DNA of 64,000 bases from an uncultured Candidatus Saccharibacteria bacterium (GTDB lineage Bacteria; Patescibacteriota; Dojkabacteria; SC72), in contig CAYOEG010000002.1 in the NCBI GenBank assembly GCA_964403155.1, forward strand, positions 8,147 to 72,146, given 5' to 3'. Positions 28,621 to 38,357 of the stretch are shown here, in pieces. The notes beneath the pieces were generated by a model. The model did no database searches and had not been told where the DNA came from. It worked only from the letters and a program-made list of their open reading frames with translations. A program made the translations under genes and the position numbers. The number at the start of each line of letters is the position of its first letter. Position 1 is the first letter of the stretch.

Positions 28621-29795
28621 CTCAATGGACCCTGATCTTGTGGAAGATAATGCTTTAAATTATCCGCCGTTATAATTATTGGAAGCGTTGCTCCCTCTAC
28701 AACATCTCTAGCAACAGCTCTAACCATACCTGCGATATTACGTTCCAACTGCCTAATACCAGCGTCAAAACCTACAGGACGAATAATCATTGGCCAGATC
28801 GTATCATCAATTCTAATAAGTTCTTCTGAAAGATTAAGCCCCTTAAGAACCCTTGGAAATATATATCTCTTCGCAATAACCGTCTTCTCCTCATCTGTAT
28901 AACTAGTAAATCTAATCACCTCCACCCTATCCAATAAAGCCGCAGAAAGACCCCCAAGATTATTTGCTGTACATATGAAGAAAATATTAGAGAGATCAAC
29001 TGGGAAATCTAAATAATGATCCCGGAATGCTCTGTTTTGTTCAGGATCAAGGATTTCTAATAATGCTGCCATAACATCATTAAGTAATCCCGCATTACCA
29101 CTTGCTTTTTCAATTTCATCAAGAAGAACAACTGGGTTCATAGTCCCACTTCTCATCAATGCCTTAATAATTTGCCCAGGCTCCGGATCCACAGCATAAC
29201 GAGGAGTACCACGCAAAGTTCTTACGTCCCCTATTGCACCAAGGGAGATTCTTACAAATTTTCTTCCCATGGCTTGTGCAATAGATTTGGCAATGGAAGT
29301 CTTACCCACACCCTGAAGTCCTACAAAAAGAAATACTGGTGATTTAGAGAAATTATTTTGTGAGGGTATTATCATTTCCGGTCTTTCCGATAAAGAACCA
29401 ACCGAAGAAGGCATAGCAACATATTGATTGAGATTCTGCCTACTCTCGAGCTGCATCGCTGCAAGATAGTCAAGAATAGCGTTCTTAATACCATCCATAC
29501 CATAATGAGTAGAATCCATTATCTCCTTAGCATTCTTAATATCAAGATTGTCCTTGGATAACACTCCCCAAGGAATAGAAACTACGTAATTTACATATTT
29601 GCTTACATTCTCATACTCTGAGCTATACACTCCCTTCTTTGCTATCCTTTCTAATCTCTCAATACTCGAAAGAACTTCATTTTTGAGATCAATCGGGGCA
29701 TTAGAATTTACAAGCTTGTTCTTAAGTAACAAGATGTCTGAGACATTATCATCCATAGTAATATCTTGTGGTATGGGCGTATTAATATAATCCAT
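28617..29795 (-). CDS. Lon-like AAA+ ATPase lacking the protease domain
   Basis: IPW, HYGM..IK..IL.YLA, GLQGVGKTS, NPVVLLDEIEK, LLEILDPEQN.AF.DHY, GIRQLER; ends where the Lon protease domain would begin. Confidence 0.85.
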   Translation of the reverse strand: MDYINTPIPQDITMDDNVSDILLLKNKLVNSNAPIDLKNEVLSSIERLERIAKKGVYSSEYENVSKYVNYVVSIPWGVLSKDNLDIKNAKEIMDSTHYGMDGIKNAILDYLAAMQLESRQNLNQYVAMPSSVGSLSERPEMIIPSQNNFSKSPVFLFVGLQGVGKTSIAKSIAQAMGRKFVRISLGAIGDVRTLRGTPRYAVDPEPGQIIKALMRSGTMNPVVLLDEIEKASGNAGLLNDVMAALLEILDPEQNRAFRDHYLDFPVDLSNIFFICTANNLGGLSAALLDRVEVIRFTSYTDEEKTVIAKRYIFPRVLKGLNLSEELIRIDDTIWPMIIRPVGFDAGIRQLERNIAGMVRAVARDVVEGATLPIIITADNLKHYLPQDQGPLS

Positions 29796-29900
29796 ATGGG
29801 CAGTAAATATATATGTAGAGTGTATATGCTAGATTAAATTATTGCAAATAAATTTGCTCCGTGATAGCCTTAATATGAATAATATTAAACTGTCCATGAG

Positions 29901-30662
29901 ATGAAAAAATCATTCCCAATATTCCTATCTTTGTTAACTATCTTGTTACTACCATTTAGAGTTTTTGCTGCAGATTTAACTACAATCCAAGAAACTGTAT
30001 CTGATTACCTTCCGTATATTTTAATAGGCGGTGCTGTGATTCTTTTAATAAGTATCATTGGTATCTTGTTAGGAAAGAAGAAAAACAAAAATACAACGTC
30101 AGAACCGATCGAGATTGCACAACCTGCAACACCACAACCTATTGCAACAGAGGAAGTAAAAACTCCTGTGATGGAAGAAACTCCTGAAGTTACTCCTGCT
30201 GTCAATATGGATACGATCTCAAATAATTTGTACTCACCAACACCAGAAGAATTACCAGAGAGACCCCCTATTCAAGAGACCCTTGGAGCTACACCACAAC
30301 CCGTACCAGAAACTAGTGATCAAAGTTCCGATCTTCAAGCAATTTTACAACAAGAATCTTCATCCGAACCTATGACACCTGTGACAGATCAGGCCTTTAA
30401 TTCTGTACCAACTCCTGAAGTAAAACAATCTCCTTTGCCAGAATCTTCCACAATATCTCCTATGGATAACACCTTGTCTACTATGCCAGAGCAATCTCCA
30501 GTTCCACCTATCGATACTACTACAAGTACTACTCCTGATTTACAACAGTTTGTGAATAATCAAGTTGCAGAAGTTCCACCAATGGCGGCTCCAGTAGCAG
30601 AAACACCTGCTTCAACAGATACAACAACACCAGCTCCAACGGGAACTCCTAGTATTGTTTAA
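29901..30662 (+). CDS. Signal-peptide/TM protein with Pro/Thr/Glu-rich disordered tail
   Basis: VFA signal cleavage site, TM, KKKNK, low-complexity tail. Confidence 0.7.
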   Translation: MKKSFPIFLSLLTILLLPFRVFAADLTTIQETVSDYLPYILIGGAVILLISIIGILLGKKKNKNTTSEPIEIAQPATPQPIATEEVKTPVMEETPEVTPAVNMDTISNNLYSPTPEELPERPPIQETLGATPQPVPETSDQSSDLQAILQQESSSEPMTPVTDQAFNSVPTPEVKQSPLPESSTISPMDNTLSTMPEQSPVPPIDTTTSTTPDLQQFVNNQVAEVPPMAAPVAETPASTDTTTPAPTGTPSIV

Positions 30663-31945
30663 TAGCTAGCAAGAACAGCTTCTTTTAGCAATCGTGCAAA
30701 AGTTTCAACCTCTTGTTTAGTATTGTATATTCCAAAACTTGCTCTCATGGTTGGACCGACCTTGAATCTATCATGGAGTGGTTCTGCACAGTGGTAACCT
30801 TCACGTACACAGATACCCTTCCTACTTATATATTCAACAATTCCATCTCCCTCTTTGTTCTCAATCCTTTTTTCTTTACATCCTTTAAAACTAAATCCTT
30901 CTATATTGAATGTTAAACAACCATACCTATCTGTTGCATCTGTTTTTCCAAATGGCTTAAACCATTCAATACCATCAAAGGCATCTAACAACGTTTTCAT
31001 AAGTTCTTGCTCGTGCTCGATAAGTTTTTCATAACCACCAAACTCTTGGATGGTTTTAGAAGACCATTTCAATGTCTCTCCTAATACAATTCCACTCTCG
31101 ATATCTGGCGTACCTGCTTCAAATCTCCAAGGTAAATCATTCAATTCGAACCCTTCTCTTGAGACACTCATTATCATTTCCCCCCCACCCATAAATGGTG
31201 GTAATTTCTCTAGAATTTTCTCTTTACAATACAATACACCGCTCCCAGTTGGCCCATACGCCTTGTGCCCAGAGAACACAAAAGCATCACAATCAATATC
31301 TCTCACATCTACCTTAATATGTGGAACACTCTGAGCACCATCAACAATGACAAATGCTCCAACCCTATGTGCAATCTCTACTATCTTCTTCGCAGGGTTA
31401 AGTGTTCCTAAAACATTCGAGATATGGGCAATGGATACTATCTTTACTTTTTCACCTTCTGTTTTGATCAACTCTTCAAACCAATCAAGATCTAAATCAT
31501 ACCTATAATTCACAGGGATATATTTGATTTCAAATCCTATCTCCTTCTGCAACATCTGCCAAGGAACAATATTACTGTGATGTTCCATCTCTGAAATCAC
31601 AACAATATCTCCAGACTTAAGATTTTGCCTACCATAACTATTGGCAAGTAGATTTAACCCCTCTGTTGCGTTCCTAGTAAACACAATCTCTCTGTAACTG
31701 TTTGCGCTGATAAATTGAGCGACTATCTCATGAGCTTCTTTCCATAATTCTGTGGCTTTGCTAGCTAAAACATGTGAGCTCCTATGAATATTCGCATTGT
31801 ACTCTGTGTAATATTCATTAATTGCATCCAATACAGCTTGAGGTTTCTGAGTAGTAGCTGCATTGTCAAGGTATACCAGAGGATTACCATTAACCTTAGT
31901 CTTCAATATCGGGAATTGTTCTCTAATATCATTAATCATCATCAA
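30659..31945 (-). CDS. sufS: Cysteine desulfurase (SufS family)
   Basis: YLDNAATTQKP, EHHSNIVPWQ, DGAQS, SGHK, FEAGTP, REGYHCAEP. Confidence 0.92.
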   Translation of the reverse strand: MMMINDIREQFPILKTKVNGNPLVYLDNAATTQKPQAVLDAINEYYTEYNANIHRSSHVLASKATELWKEAHEIVAQFISANSYREIVFTRNATEGLNLLANSYGRQNLKSGDIVVISEMEHHSNIVPWQMLQKEIGFEIKYIPVNYRYDLDLDWFEELIKTEGEKVKIVSIAHISNVLGTLNPAKKIVEIAHRVGAFVIVDGAQSVPHIKVDVRDIDCDAFVFSGHKAYGPTGSGVLYCKEKILEKLPPFMGGGEMIMSVSREGFELNDLPWRFEAGTPDIESGIVLGETLKWSSKTIQEFGGYEKLIEHEQELMKTLLDAFDGIEWFKPFGKTDATDRYGCLTFNIEGFSFKGCKEKRIENKEGDGIVEYISRKGICVREGYHCAEPLHDRFKVGPTMRASFGIYNTKQEVETFARLLKEAVLASY

Positions 31946-31950
31946 TTATA

Positions 31951-32526
31951 CTACATTAATCCATTCTTAAAGTTTTTCCAGTATTCACTACCCTTCACAG
32001 TCATCGTGCCAACATACTTATTACCCAAACCATCAGTACCATACTTCCTATCACATTCCTGATCCAAAAGCTCAAAAATTATCTGGGCAATCTTCATCCC
32101 TGGATATATCTTGATTGGCAAAGGGGAAAGATTAATCAAATGCAATGTTAATCTTAGAGAATTACCTGGGTCAAGAAAACCAGCGGTAACATGAATCGCA
32201 AGCCCTAATCTTCCAAGAGAACTTTTACCCTCTAACCTTGCAATGTGTTTTCCATCAACACCTGTAATTTCTTTAACATTTGCTAAAACAAATTCGCCTG
32301 GGTTTAAGGTATAACCTTCTTCTTCATCTACTTCAACATTTTGCATAAGGTTATCGATCGGTTTTTTAACATCAATAACCCTATCCTTCTCTTTACTGAA
32401 AATTAGAAAATGACTATCTAAGTGTAAATCATATGATGCAGGTTGAAGATATTTTTCATCAAAAGGTTCTATCTTTATCTCACCTGTCTTTAATTTCTCT
32501 CGTATCGTTTTATCTGCTAGTATCAT
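31951..32526 (-). CDS. dcd: dCTP deaminase
   Basis: QPASYDLHL, EGKSSLGRLG, TAGFLDPG, PGMKIAQ. Confidence 0.92.
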   Translation of the reverse strand: MILADKTIREKLKTGEIKIEPFDEKYLQPASYDLHLDSHFLIFSKEKDRVIDVKKPIDNLMQNVEVDEEEGYTLNPGEFVLANVKEITGVDGKHIARLEGKSSLGRLGLAIHVTAGFLDPGNSLRLTLHLINLSPLPIKIYPGMKIAQIIFELLDQECDRKYGTDGLGNKYVGTMTVKGSEYWKNFKNGLM

Positions 32527-33746
32527 ATTCCTGGAATTGGGTAATTTTTTGCGAATTCTTTTATTTCAGCTTTTATTTTTTCCAAATTATCATCATTAGG
32601 ATTTTTTAATGCCCTATCAATAAACTGAGCTACTGTTTCCATTTCATCTTCTTTCATTCCTCTAGTAGTTAATGCTGGGGTACCTATTCTAATACCTGAT
32701 GGATCCCATGGTTTTCTTTGATCGTTCGGGATTGCATTTTTATTTACTGATATATTTGCTTTTTCAAGAAGATCCGAAGCTTCACTACCAGAGAGATTGA
32801 CACTTTTAACTGTATCTACAAGGAAAAGATGATTATCTGTCCCACCAGATATCACCGAATATCCTAGCTCTCTCATTCCGTTTGATAGTGTTTTTGCATT
32901 TAAAACTATCTGCTTTGAATATTCTTTGAATTCAGGTTTCAATGCCTCTCCCAATGCGACTGCTATCCCTGCGATTGTATTATTGTGTGGGCCTCCTTGA
33001 AGTCCTGGGAATACTGCTTTGTCTATCCTCTCTCCTAGTTCCTCTTTGCACATTACGATAGCTCCTCGTGGCCCTCGTAGTGTCTTATGGGTAGTTGTGG
33101 TCACCACGTCGGCAATACCAACAGGGTTAGGATATTCTCCCGTAGCAACTAGCCCTGCAACATGAGAGATATCAGCTGCAAAATACGCCCCTACTTCATC
33201 TGCTATTTTTCTAAATTCATTCCAATCTATGATTCTAGAATATGCCGAGAACCCTGCCCATATTAATTTAGGTTTATGTTCTCGTGCTAGTTTTCTAACT
33301 TCTTCATAATCTATGTATCCATCCTCTTTAACATCATAGTTAACCGAATTGTAGTACTTCCCAGAAAAAGAAATCTTGTACCCATGGGTTAGATGTCCAC
33401 CAGCATCTAATGCCATTCCCATAACAGTATCTCCTGGATTTACTAGTGCCATGTATACGGCATGATTTGCAGGAGAACCTGAATATGGTTGAACATTTAC
33501 ATGTTCTGCTCCAAACAGCTCTTTTGCTCTAGCTATAGCTTCGTTCTCTATTTCATCAATATATTGATTTCCACAGTAGTAACGCTTCCCTGGGTATCCC
33601 TCAGAATATTTATTCGTCAGAATAGAACCAATAGATTCTAATACAGATTCACTAACATAGTTCTCAGATGCTATTAATTCAATTCCTTCTATTTGTCGTT
33701 TCTTTTCTAGATCAAGTATGGACGAGATTTTACTATCTTCTATCAT
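32523..33746 (-). CDS. glyA: Serine hydroxymethyltransferase
   Basis: LIASENY, NKYSEGYPGKRYY, GGHLTHG, TTTTHKTLRGPRG. Confidence 0.97.
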   Translation of the reverse strand: MIEDSKISSILDLEKKRQIEGIELIASENYVSESVLESIGSILTNKYSEGYPGKRYYCGNQYIDEIENEAIARAKELFGAEHVNVQPYSGSPANHAVYMALVNPGDTVMGMALDAGGHLTHGYKISFSGKYYNSVNYDVKEDGYIDYEEVRKLAREHKPKLIWAGFSAYSRIIDWNEFRKIADEVGAYFAADISHVAGLVATGEYPNPVGIADVVTTTTHKTLRGPRGAIVMCKEELGERIDKAVFPGLQGGPHNNTIAGIAVALGEALKPEFKEYSKQIVLNAKTLSNGMRELGYSVISGGTDNHLFLVDTVKSVNLSGSEASDLLEKANISVNKNAIPNDQRKPWDPSGIRIGTPALTTRGMKEDEMETVAQFIDRALKNPNDDNLEKIKAEIKEFAKNYPIPGI

Positions 33747-34590
33747 TCTTTTTGTAACAGGTCATTAAATTAGACATTAGAGAAGCAATTGTCATTGGCC
33801 CTACACCTCCTGGCACTGGAGTTATATATGAGGGGATTCCTTGTATTGAATCCCAATCAACATCCCCAACTAGTTTTCCAGTTTCGGGATGCCTATTTGA
33901 ACCAACATCTACTACAACACAATCTTCTTTTAGGAAACCTCTATTTACAAGCAATGGGACACCAGTAGCAGATATTAAAATATCTGCAGTTTGTGCAATA
34001 TCTTGTATATTCGTAGTATGAACATTGCATAGAGTTACAGTCGCGTTCTTTTCTAGAAGAATTGCTTCCAAGGGGATACCTACAATTGAGCTTGCTCCAA
34101 GTATAACTACATGCTTACCGAACAGCTTTATATTGTATGCTTCAAAAAGTTTTAAAATCCCCAATGGCGTTGCTGGTACAATTGCAGCTGGATCTTTCTG
34201 AAAAAGTTTTCCCAAATTGATTGGAGAAAGACCATCAACATCTTTTCTAGGATCAATCGCATCTAAAACTAAATTCGTATTAATCTGATCAGGTAGTGGA
34301 AGTTGAACCATATATCCATCCACATCAGAATCTTTATCCAATCCATCAATGAGATTTACAACGTCTAAGGTATTTACCATCGGGTCTAATCTATGGACTA
34401 CGACATTTATTCCAACATCTTTTCCAACCTTCTCCTTCATACTCACATATTTCTCACTACCATAGTCATTACCGACAAGGATAATATCTAATCGAGGGAT
34501 TTTTTCCCCATATTTTGTTATTTGAGAGATTTCGTCAGAAATTCCATCCAAAATTGTATCGGAAACAAGTTTCCCATCAAGTATCTTCAT
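33733..34590 (-). CDS. folD: Methylenetetrahydrofolate dehydrogenase/cyclohydrolase
   Basis: MKILDGK, VQLPLP, KDVDG, PATPLG, TPVPGGVGPMT; ATG 34590 lies 7 nt after TAGAAT. Confidence 0.96.
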   Translation of the reverse strand: MKILDGKLVSDTILDGISDEISQITKYGEKIPRLDIILVGNDYGSEKYVSMKEKVGKDVGINVVVHRLDPMVNTLDVVNLIDGLDKDSDVDGYMVQLPLPDQINTNLVLDAIDPRKDVDGLSPINLGKLFQKDPAAIVPATPLGILKLFEAYNIKLFGKHVVILGASSIVGIPLEAILLEKNATVTLCNVHTTNIQDIAQTADILISATGVPLLVNRGFLKEDCVVVDVGSNRHPETGKLVGDVDWDSIQGIPSYITPVPGGVGPMTIASLMSNLMTCYKKNDRR

Positions 34591-34610
34591 GAGATACATT
34601 CTACACTTTC

Positions 34611-36416
34611 CTAATTCTCTTTTACAATCTTGTAGAATTTACCTTTTTTCTTCGTCAATTCATCCCAACTTCCAGATTCTACTATTTTGCCATTTTCAAA
34701 GAAGTAGATCTTATCAAACATTTCTAAGTTCTCGATACTTCTAGTTATATATATTAACGTTTTTTCCTCACCTATGAAGTCCAAAATATTATTAAGAATA
34801 GTGTCTTTGGATTCTGAATCTATGAATGTAAATGCTTCGTCCATCACGAAAATCTTTCTGTTACGATACAACATTCTTGAAATTGCAAGTCTTTGCCAGT
34901 ATCCCCATGGAAGTTCTTTTCCACCCGGGAAGGTTTTACCTAGGATTCTTTCATCGTCTATCCCTTCTTTCACCAAAAGATCTTTTACCAGGCCAATTTT
35001 AGACACAGATTCATACAATTTTTTATCAATATTTTTCCTTTCTCCAGATATAACAACATTCTCCCTCACGCTAAAGTTGTAATTAATGAAATCCTGGAAA
35101 GTGACGGCTATTTTCTTTTTCAGTTGTCCTCTATCCAGATCTTTGACAGAGATATCATCTAATAGATAGTCACCTTTTTTAATCTGATACAAACCAGAGA
35201 GTATCTTCACCATCGTACTTTTGCCAGAACCATCCCCTCCAAAGAATGCAACCTTCTCACCAGGTTTTACTACTAAATCAATATGCTTTAGGACCATTGT
35301 TTTAGGATCATCTGGGTATGAAAAACTTAAATTCTTAAACTCAATTTCAGGCGTACCTTTCTTCAATTTCAGAGTGCCATGTTCATGATCGCCAAATCCT
35401 TCGTAATTCATTAGTTCAAAGAATTTCTCATCATATCCCAAAAGTGCAGATATATATGACATGGAATCAAATATGTTGTACACACTCGTATAGGTCATAT
35501 CGATATAGTCATACAAAGCTTTAAAAGTACCCAAAGAGTGTTTTCTTACAATTGCCACAGAGAGCATGTATATCACATACATAAACTTTAGACATTGACC
35601 AAAGATATTTACAATTGTTCTATCTCGGTACATATTTGCATCCGTCTTCAAATACCCCTTCAGAAACTCGTCATATTCTTCTACGTATCTTCTCTTAAGA
35701 TATGCAAAGGTATCATTGACCCTTAATTCAAGGAAGTTAGATATCTGGAGTGTCACATTTAAAAGATAGTTCAGATATTTAAGTTTACTTACATTTTCAT
35801 CCTGATATCCACGGATTTTCTTTCTCCTGATATGAACAACTACAATTTGCGGCAGTACAAAAAGGATCAAGAATAGCACAGACCAACTCATTGTCTCGAA
35901 TATTATAATTGCAGTGCTGATGATTTTAACTGCATTACCAACAATTCCAGAGAAGCTATCATACGTAAGTATCATCCTGTCTATTGAATATGCAGGTGCG
36001 TAGGTGAGTAAATCTTGGAATTTCTCCTGCTCAACATCTTGCAGGTTGGATTGAGATACTTTTGCCACCATCATATACCTAGCATCCTCCCAAACTTTTT
36101 CATAGATAACTGTGTACAAATGTAATCTTGCTTGATTACATGCCTGTAGAATTGACCATAGTACAAAGATCATGGCTATATACATAAATGCATCTGAGCT
36201 CCAAAATAGGTCCAAAGAAAATGAATTCCAATTTAAAAGGATTTTAGCTACTTCATCGATGAATTTTCCCAAGACCGTTATGCTATATACCTCTGAAAAA
36301 GTACCTAATACAAATAGGATATCTCTCGCAATTACCGTAAATGTATATCGCCCATACATAAATTTGAGTACATTTCCCAAAGTAATGAGTTTTTGTCGAT
36401 ATTTTTGTAGAATCAT
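34611..36416 (-). CDS. ABC exporter (TMD+NBD fusion) with degenerate NBD motifs
   Basis: Multi-TM N-terminal half; GGDGSGKST, Q-loop FQD, signature LPWGYWQR, MDEA, H-switch ITRS. Confidence 0.85.
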   Translation of the reverse strand: MILQKYRQKLITLGNVLKFMYGRYTFTVIARDILFVLGTFSEVYSITVLGKFIDEVAKILLNWNSFSLDLFWSSDAFMYIAMIFVLWSILQACNQARLHLYTVIYEKVWEDARYMMVAKVSQSNLQDVEQEKFQDLLTYAPAYSIDRMILTYDSFSGIVGNAVKIISTAIIIFETMSWSVLFLILFVLPQIVVVHIRRKKIRGYQDENVSKLKYLNYLLNVTLQISNFLELRVNDTFAYLKRRYVEEYDEFLKGYLKTDANMYRDRTIVNIFGQCLKFMYVIYMLSVAIVRKHSLGTFKALYDYIDMTYTSVYNIFDSMSYISALLGYDEKFFELMNYEGFGDHEHGTLKLKKGTPEIEFKNLSFSYPDDPKTMVLKHIDLVVKPGEKVAFFGGDGSGKSTMVKILSGLYQIKKGDYLLDDISVKDLDRGQLKKKIAVTFQDFINYNFSVRENVVISGERKNIDKKLYESVSKIGLVKDLLVKEGIDDERILGKTFPGGKELPWGYWQRLAISRMLYRNRKIFVMDEAFTFIDSESKDTILNNILDFIGEEKTLIYITRSIENLEMFDKIYFFENGKIVESGSWDELTKKKGKFYKIVKEN

Positions 36417-36430
36417 TAGAATATAATAAC

Positions 36431-36904
36431 ATGAGAGATAGAAAATATTTAGAAAATTTAATGTATGAACTTTGGGAAAATCATTTTTGCGATATCCCAA
36501 GGAAGAATATGGTGTTGATAAAGTTTGGGAAGTATTCTAAGAGACAGCTTGGTAGTATAAAGCTTGCTAATGAATATACTAAGATCAAGAGTTTGATGAA
36601 GAAGAATGAGAAAGAATACGAGATGCAAGATGATGGAAGAGTTACAGTCATAACTATGACAAAATATTTTCAAAATGAAATTGTTCCAGAATTTGTCGTA
36701 AGAGCAACGATCGCACATGAGCTATGTCATTACGCACATGGTTTTAGTTCTCCTTTGGATAAACAATTTGATAAACCGCACCAAGGGAATGTCATAAATA
36801 AGGAATTGGCTAGGAGAGAGTTGTTAGATGAGCAGAAGCTTGCAGACAAGTGGTTGAAAGACAACTGGGTCTCAATTGTGTATCCATTGAGCAAGTCTTT
36901 TTAA
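36431..36904 (+). CDS. SprT-like zinc metallopeptidase
   Basis: LGSI, IAHELCHY, downstream PH third ligand. Confidence 0.75.
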   Translation: MRDRKYLENLMYELWENHFCDIPRKNMVLIKFGKYSKRQLGSIKLANEYTKIKSLMKKNEKEYEMQDDGRVTVITMTKYFQNEIVPEFVVRATIAHELCHYAHGFSSPLDKQFDKPHQGNVINKELARRELLDEQKLADKWLKDNWVSIVYPLSKSF

Positions 36905-37102
36905 TATTCTAATATCGTTTATATTTGCTTTCTTCCTATTTTTTATTCTTTTGTAAAGAATTTCGAATTGTTGATATATTCCCATCCTTCTATTATCACA
37001 TTTTATTCTTTCATTTTCTTTTCAGATATGACGCCAAGCGTCTTTTAAACGACATGCCGTTCTATTCTTTATTCTTTTTAATGTAACTACAATTCTATAT
37101 AT

Positions 37103-37621
37103 ATGAACAATAATTATATTGGTGAGAACATTAAGATATATCGGGAGCGACAGAAGCTTACACAACAGCAATTAGCTGACAAAATTGGTAAGACATGGGA
37201 AATGATTTCTAGATATGAGAGAGGTGTGAGTTCCCCATTAAACCAACTAGATCCTTTAGCTAAGGCTTTAAATACTACCCCTTCTGATTTGTTGAATGAT
37301 ATTACTGAAAAGAATATTAAATTGAATTTTAATAGGGCTCCATTTTTTACAAATGATTCTAAAGACTTTAAAAAAGAAGATACCTACCTTTTCTACAATA
37401 CTCCAGATTGGATTTTGAGTTTGGATCCTAATGTTTTTGCCATTGATATGAAAATCGTTGATGGAACAAATGGTGTTGCTTTTATCTCTCCTAATTCAGA
37501 AATTAATATGAATGACATGGTTTTGATTAGAGAGGAAAACCAACTAAGGATTGTTATACTTAAGTCATTTAATAATATTGAGATTATTGGGAAGGTATTA
37601 GCGCAAGAGGTTAGATTCTAG
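37103..37621 (+). CDS. XRE-family HTH regulator with degenerate S24-like C-terminal domain
   Basis: IGENIKIYRERQKLTQQQLA...ISRYERG; C-terminal IEIIGKV. Confidence 0.85.
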   Translation: MNNNYIGENIKIYRERQKLTQQQLADKIGKTWEMISRYERGVSSPLNQLDPLAKALNTTPSDLLNDITEKNIKLNFNRAPFFTNDSKDFKKEDTYLFYNTPDWILSLDPNVFAIDMKIVDGTNGVAFISPNSEINMNDMVLIREENQLRIVILKSFNNIEIIGKVLAQEVRF

Positions 37622-37640
37622 GTGTGATATAATTTGCATT

Positions 37641-38318
37641 ATGATAGAAGAATTCCCGAATACAACAGATGCTCATTCCAATAGTTATATTGAGAAATCC
37701 TCTTCAAATAGTTACTATGATCCCATAAACGAATCAGTAGATTATGCAAGATTTGTAGAAGATATAAGGACTTCCGTGGGTGTTGATCGTGATAAAGTAG
37801 TGCAATACCTTTCAAATGATTTGCTCTCTATACAAAAAGATTCCCCACTCCCTATTTCATACTCAGATACCAGTGATGATAATGTTAGACTTATGCAAGA
37901 GAAGCTTGCGGATTTAGGTTCGTCAGAAACACCTCTTAGAAACCAAAGCTTTCTTTCAGCACGTTCACTTACAATTTCCACATTCAGAGCATTACAGATT
38001 ATGCTTCCAGTTGTAAAAGGTTTTAGGTTAAGGGTACAGAATCCAGAGGAAATACTAGAAACGATTGTTAGCGACCAGTTATTGAAGCAGACTACTAAGA
38101 AGACTGATACTTTTGATGAAAGCGATATGAGAGAACCTGTAATGAATACAAATAATGTCCTCATATCATCCTCTTTAGATGCTTTTGCAAGAGAGAATAA
38201 GATACCTGTAAATGAGAATGGAAAAGTAACTTCAAAAGAGATTGGCACAATTGTTCTACCAACTGTCAGAAAGCTTATTATGAACATAGCAAGGAGAACA
38301 CCTGCGTTTAAAAAATAA
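37641..38318 (+). CDS. Hypothetical protein
   Basis: 225-aa ORF with TGaTATAAT 7 nt before ATG. Confidence 0.7.
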   Translation: MIEEFPNTTDAHSNSYIEKSSSNSYYDPINESVDYARFVEDIRTSVGVDRDKVVQYLSNDLLSIQKDSPLPISYSDTSDDNVRLMQEKLADLGSSETPLRNQSFLSARSLTISTFRALQIMLPVVKGFRLRVQNPEEILETIVSDQLLKQTTKKTDTFDESDMREPVMNTNNVLISSSLDAFARENKIPVNENGKVTSKEIGTIVLPTVRKLIMNIARRTPAFKK

Positions 38319-38321
38319 CAA

Positions 38322-38345
38322 AAGAGGAGGTTTTCACCTCCTCTT
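38322..38345. terminator. Intrinsic terminator after groEL (possibly bidirectional)
   Basis: AAGAGGAGGT-tttc-ACCTCCTCTT followed by T-rich tract on the minus strand. Confidence 0.8.
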
Positions 38346-38357
38346 CATTAACGAAGA

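Noticed and set aside
29800-29860. Possible CIRCE upstream of the Lon-like gene
   Set aside because: Only one half-site (TGCTAG at 29827-29832); no TTAGCA at the required spacing.
36872-36985. 37-aa basic ORF on the minus strand (MGIYQQFEIL...)
   Set aside because: Overlaps the sprT-like 3' end in antisense, lies in low-complexity A-rich DNA and has no motif; unsupported.
37103-38318. Prophage immunity region
   Set aside because: No integrase, cro, replication or structural phage genes nearby.
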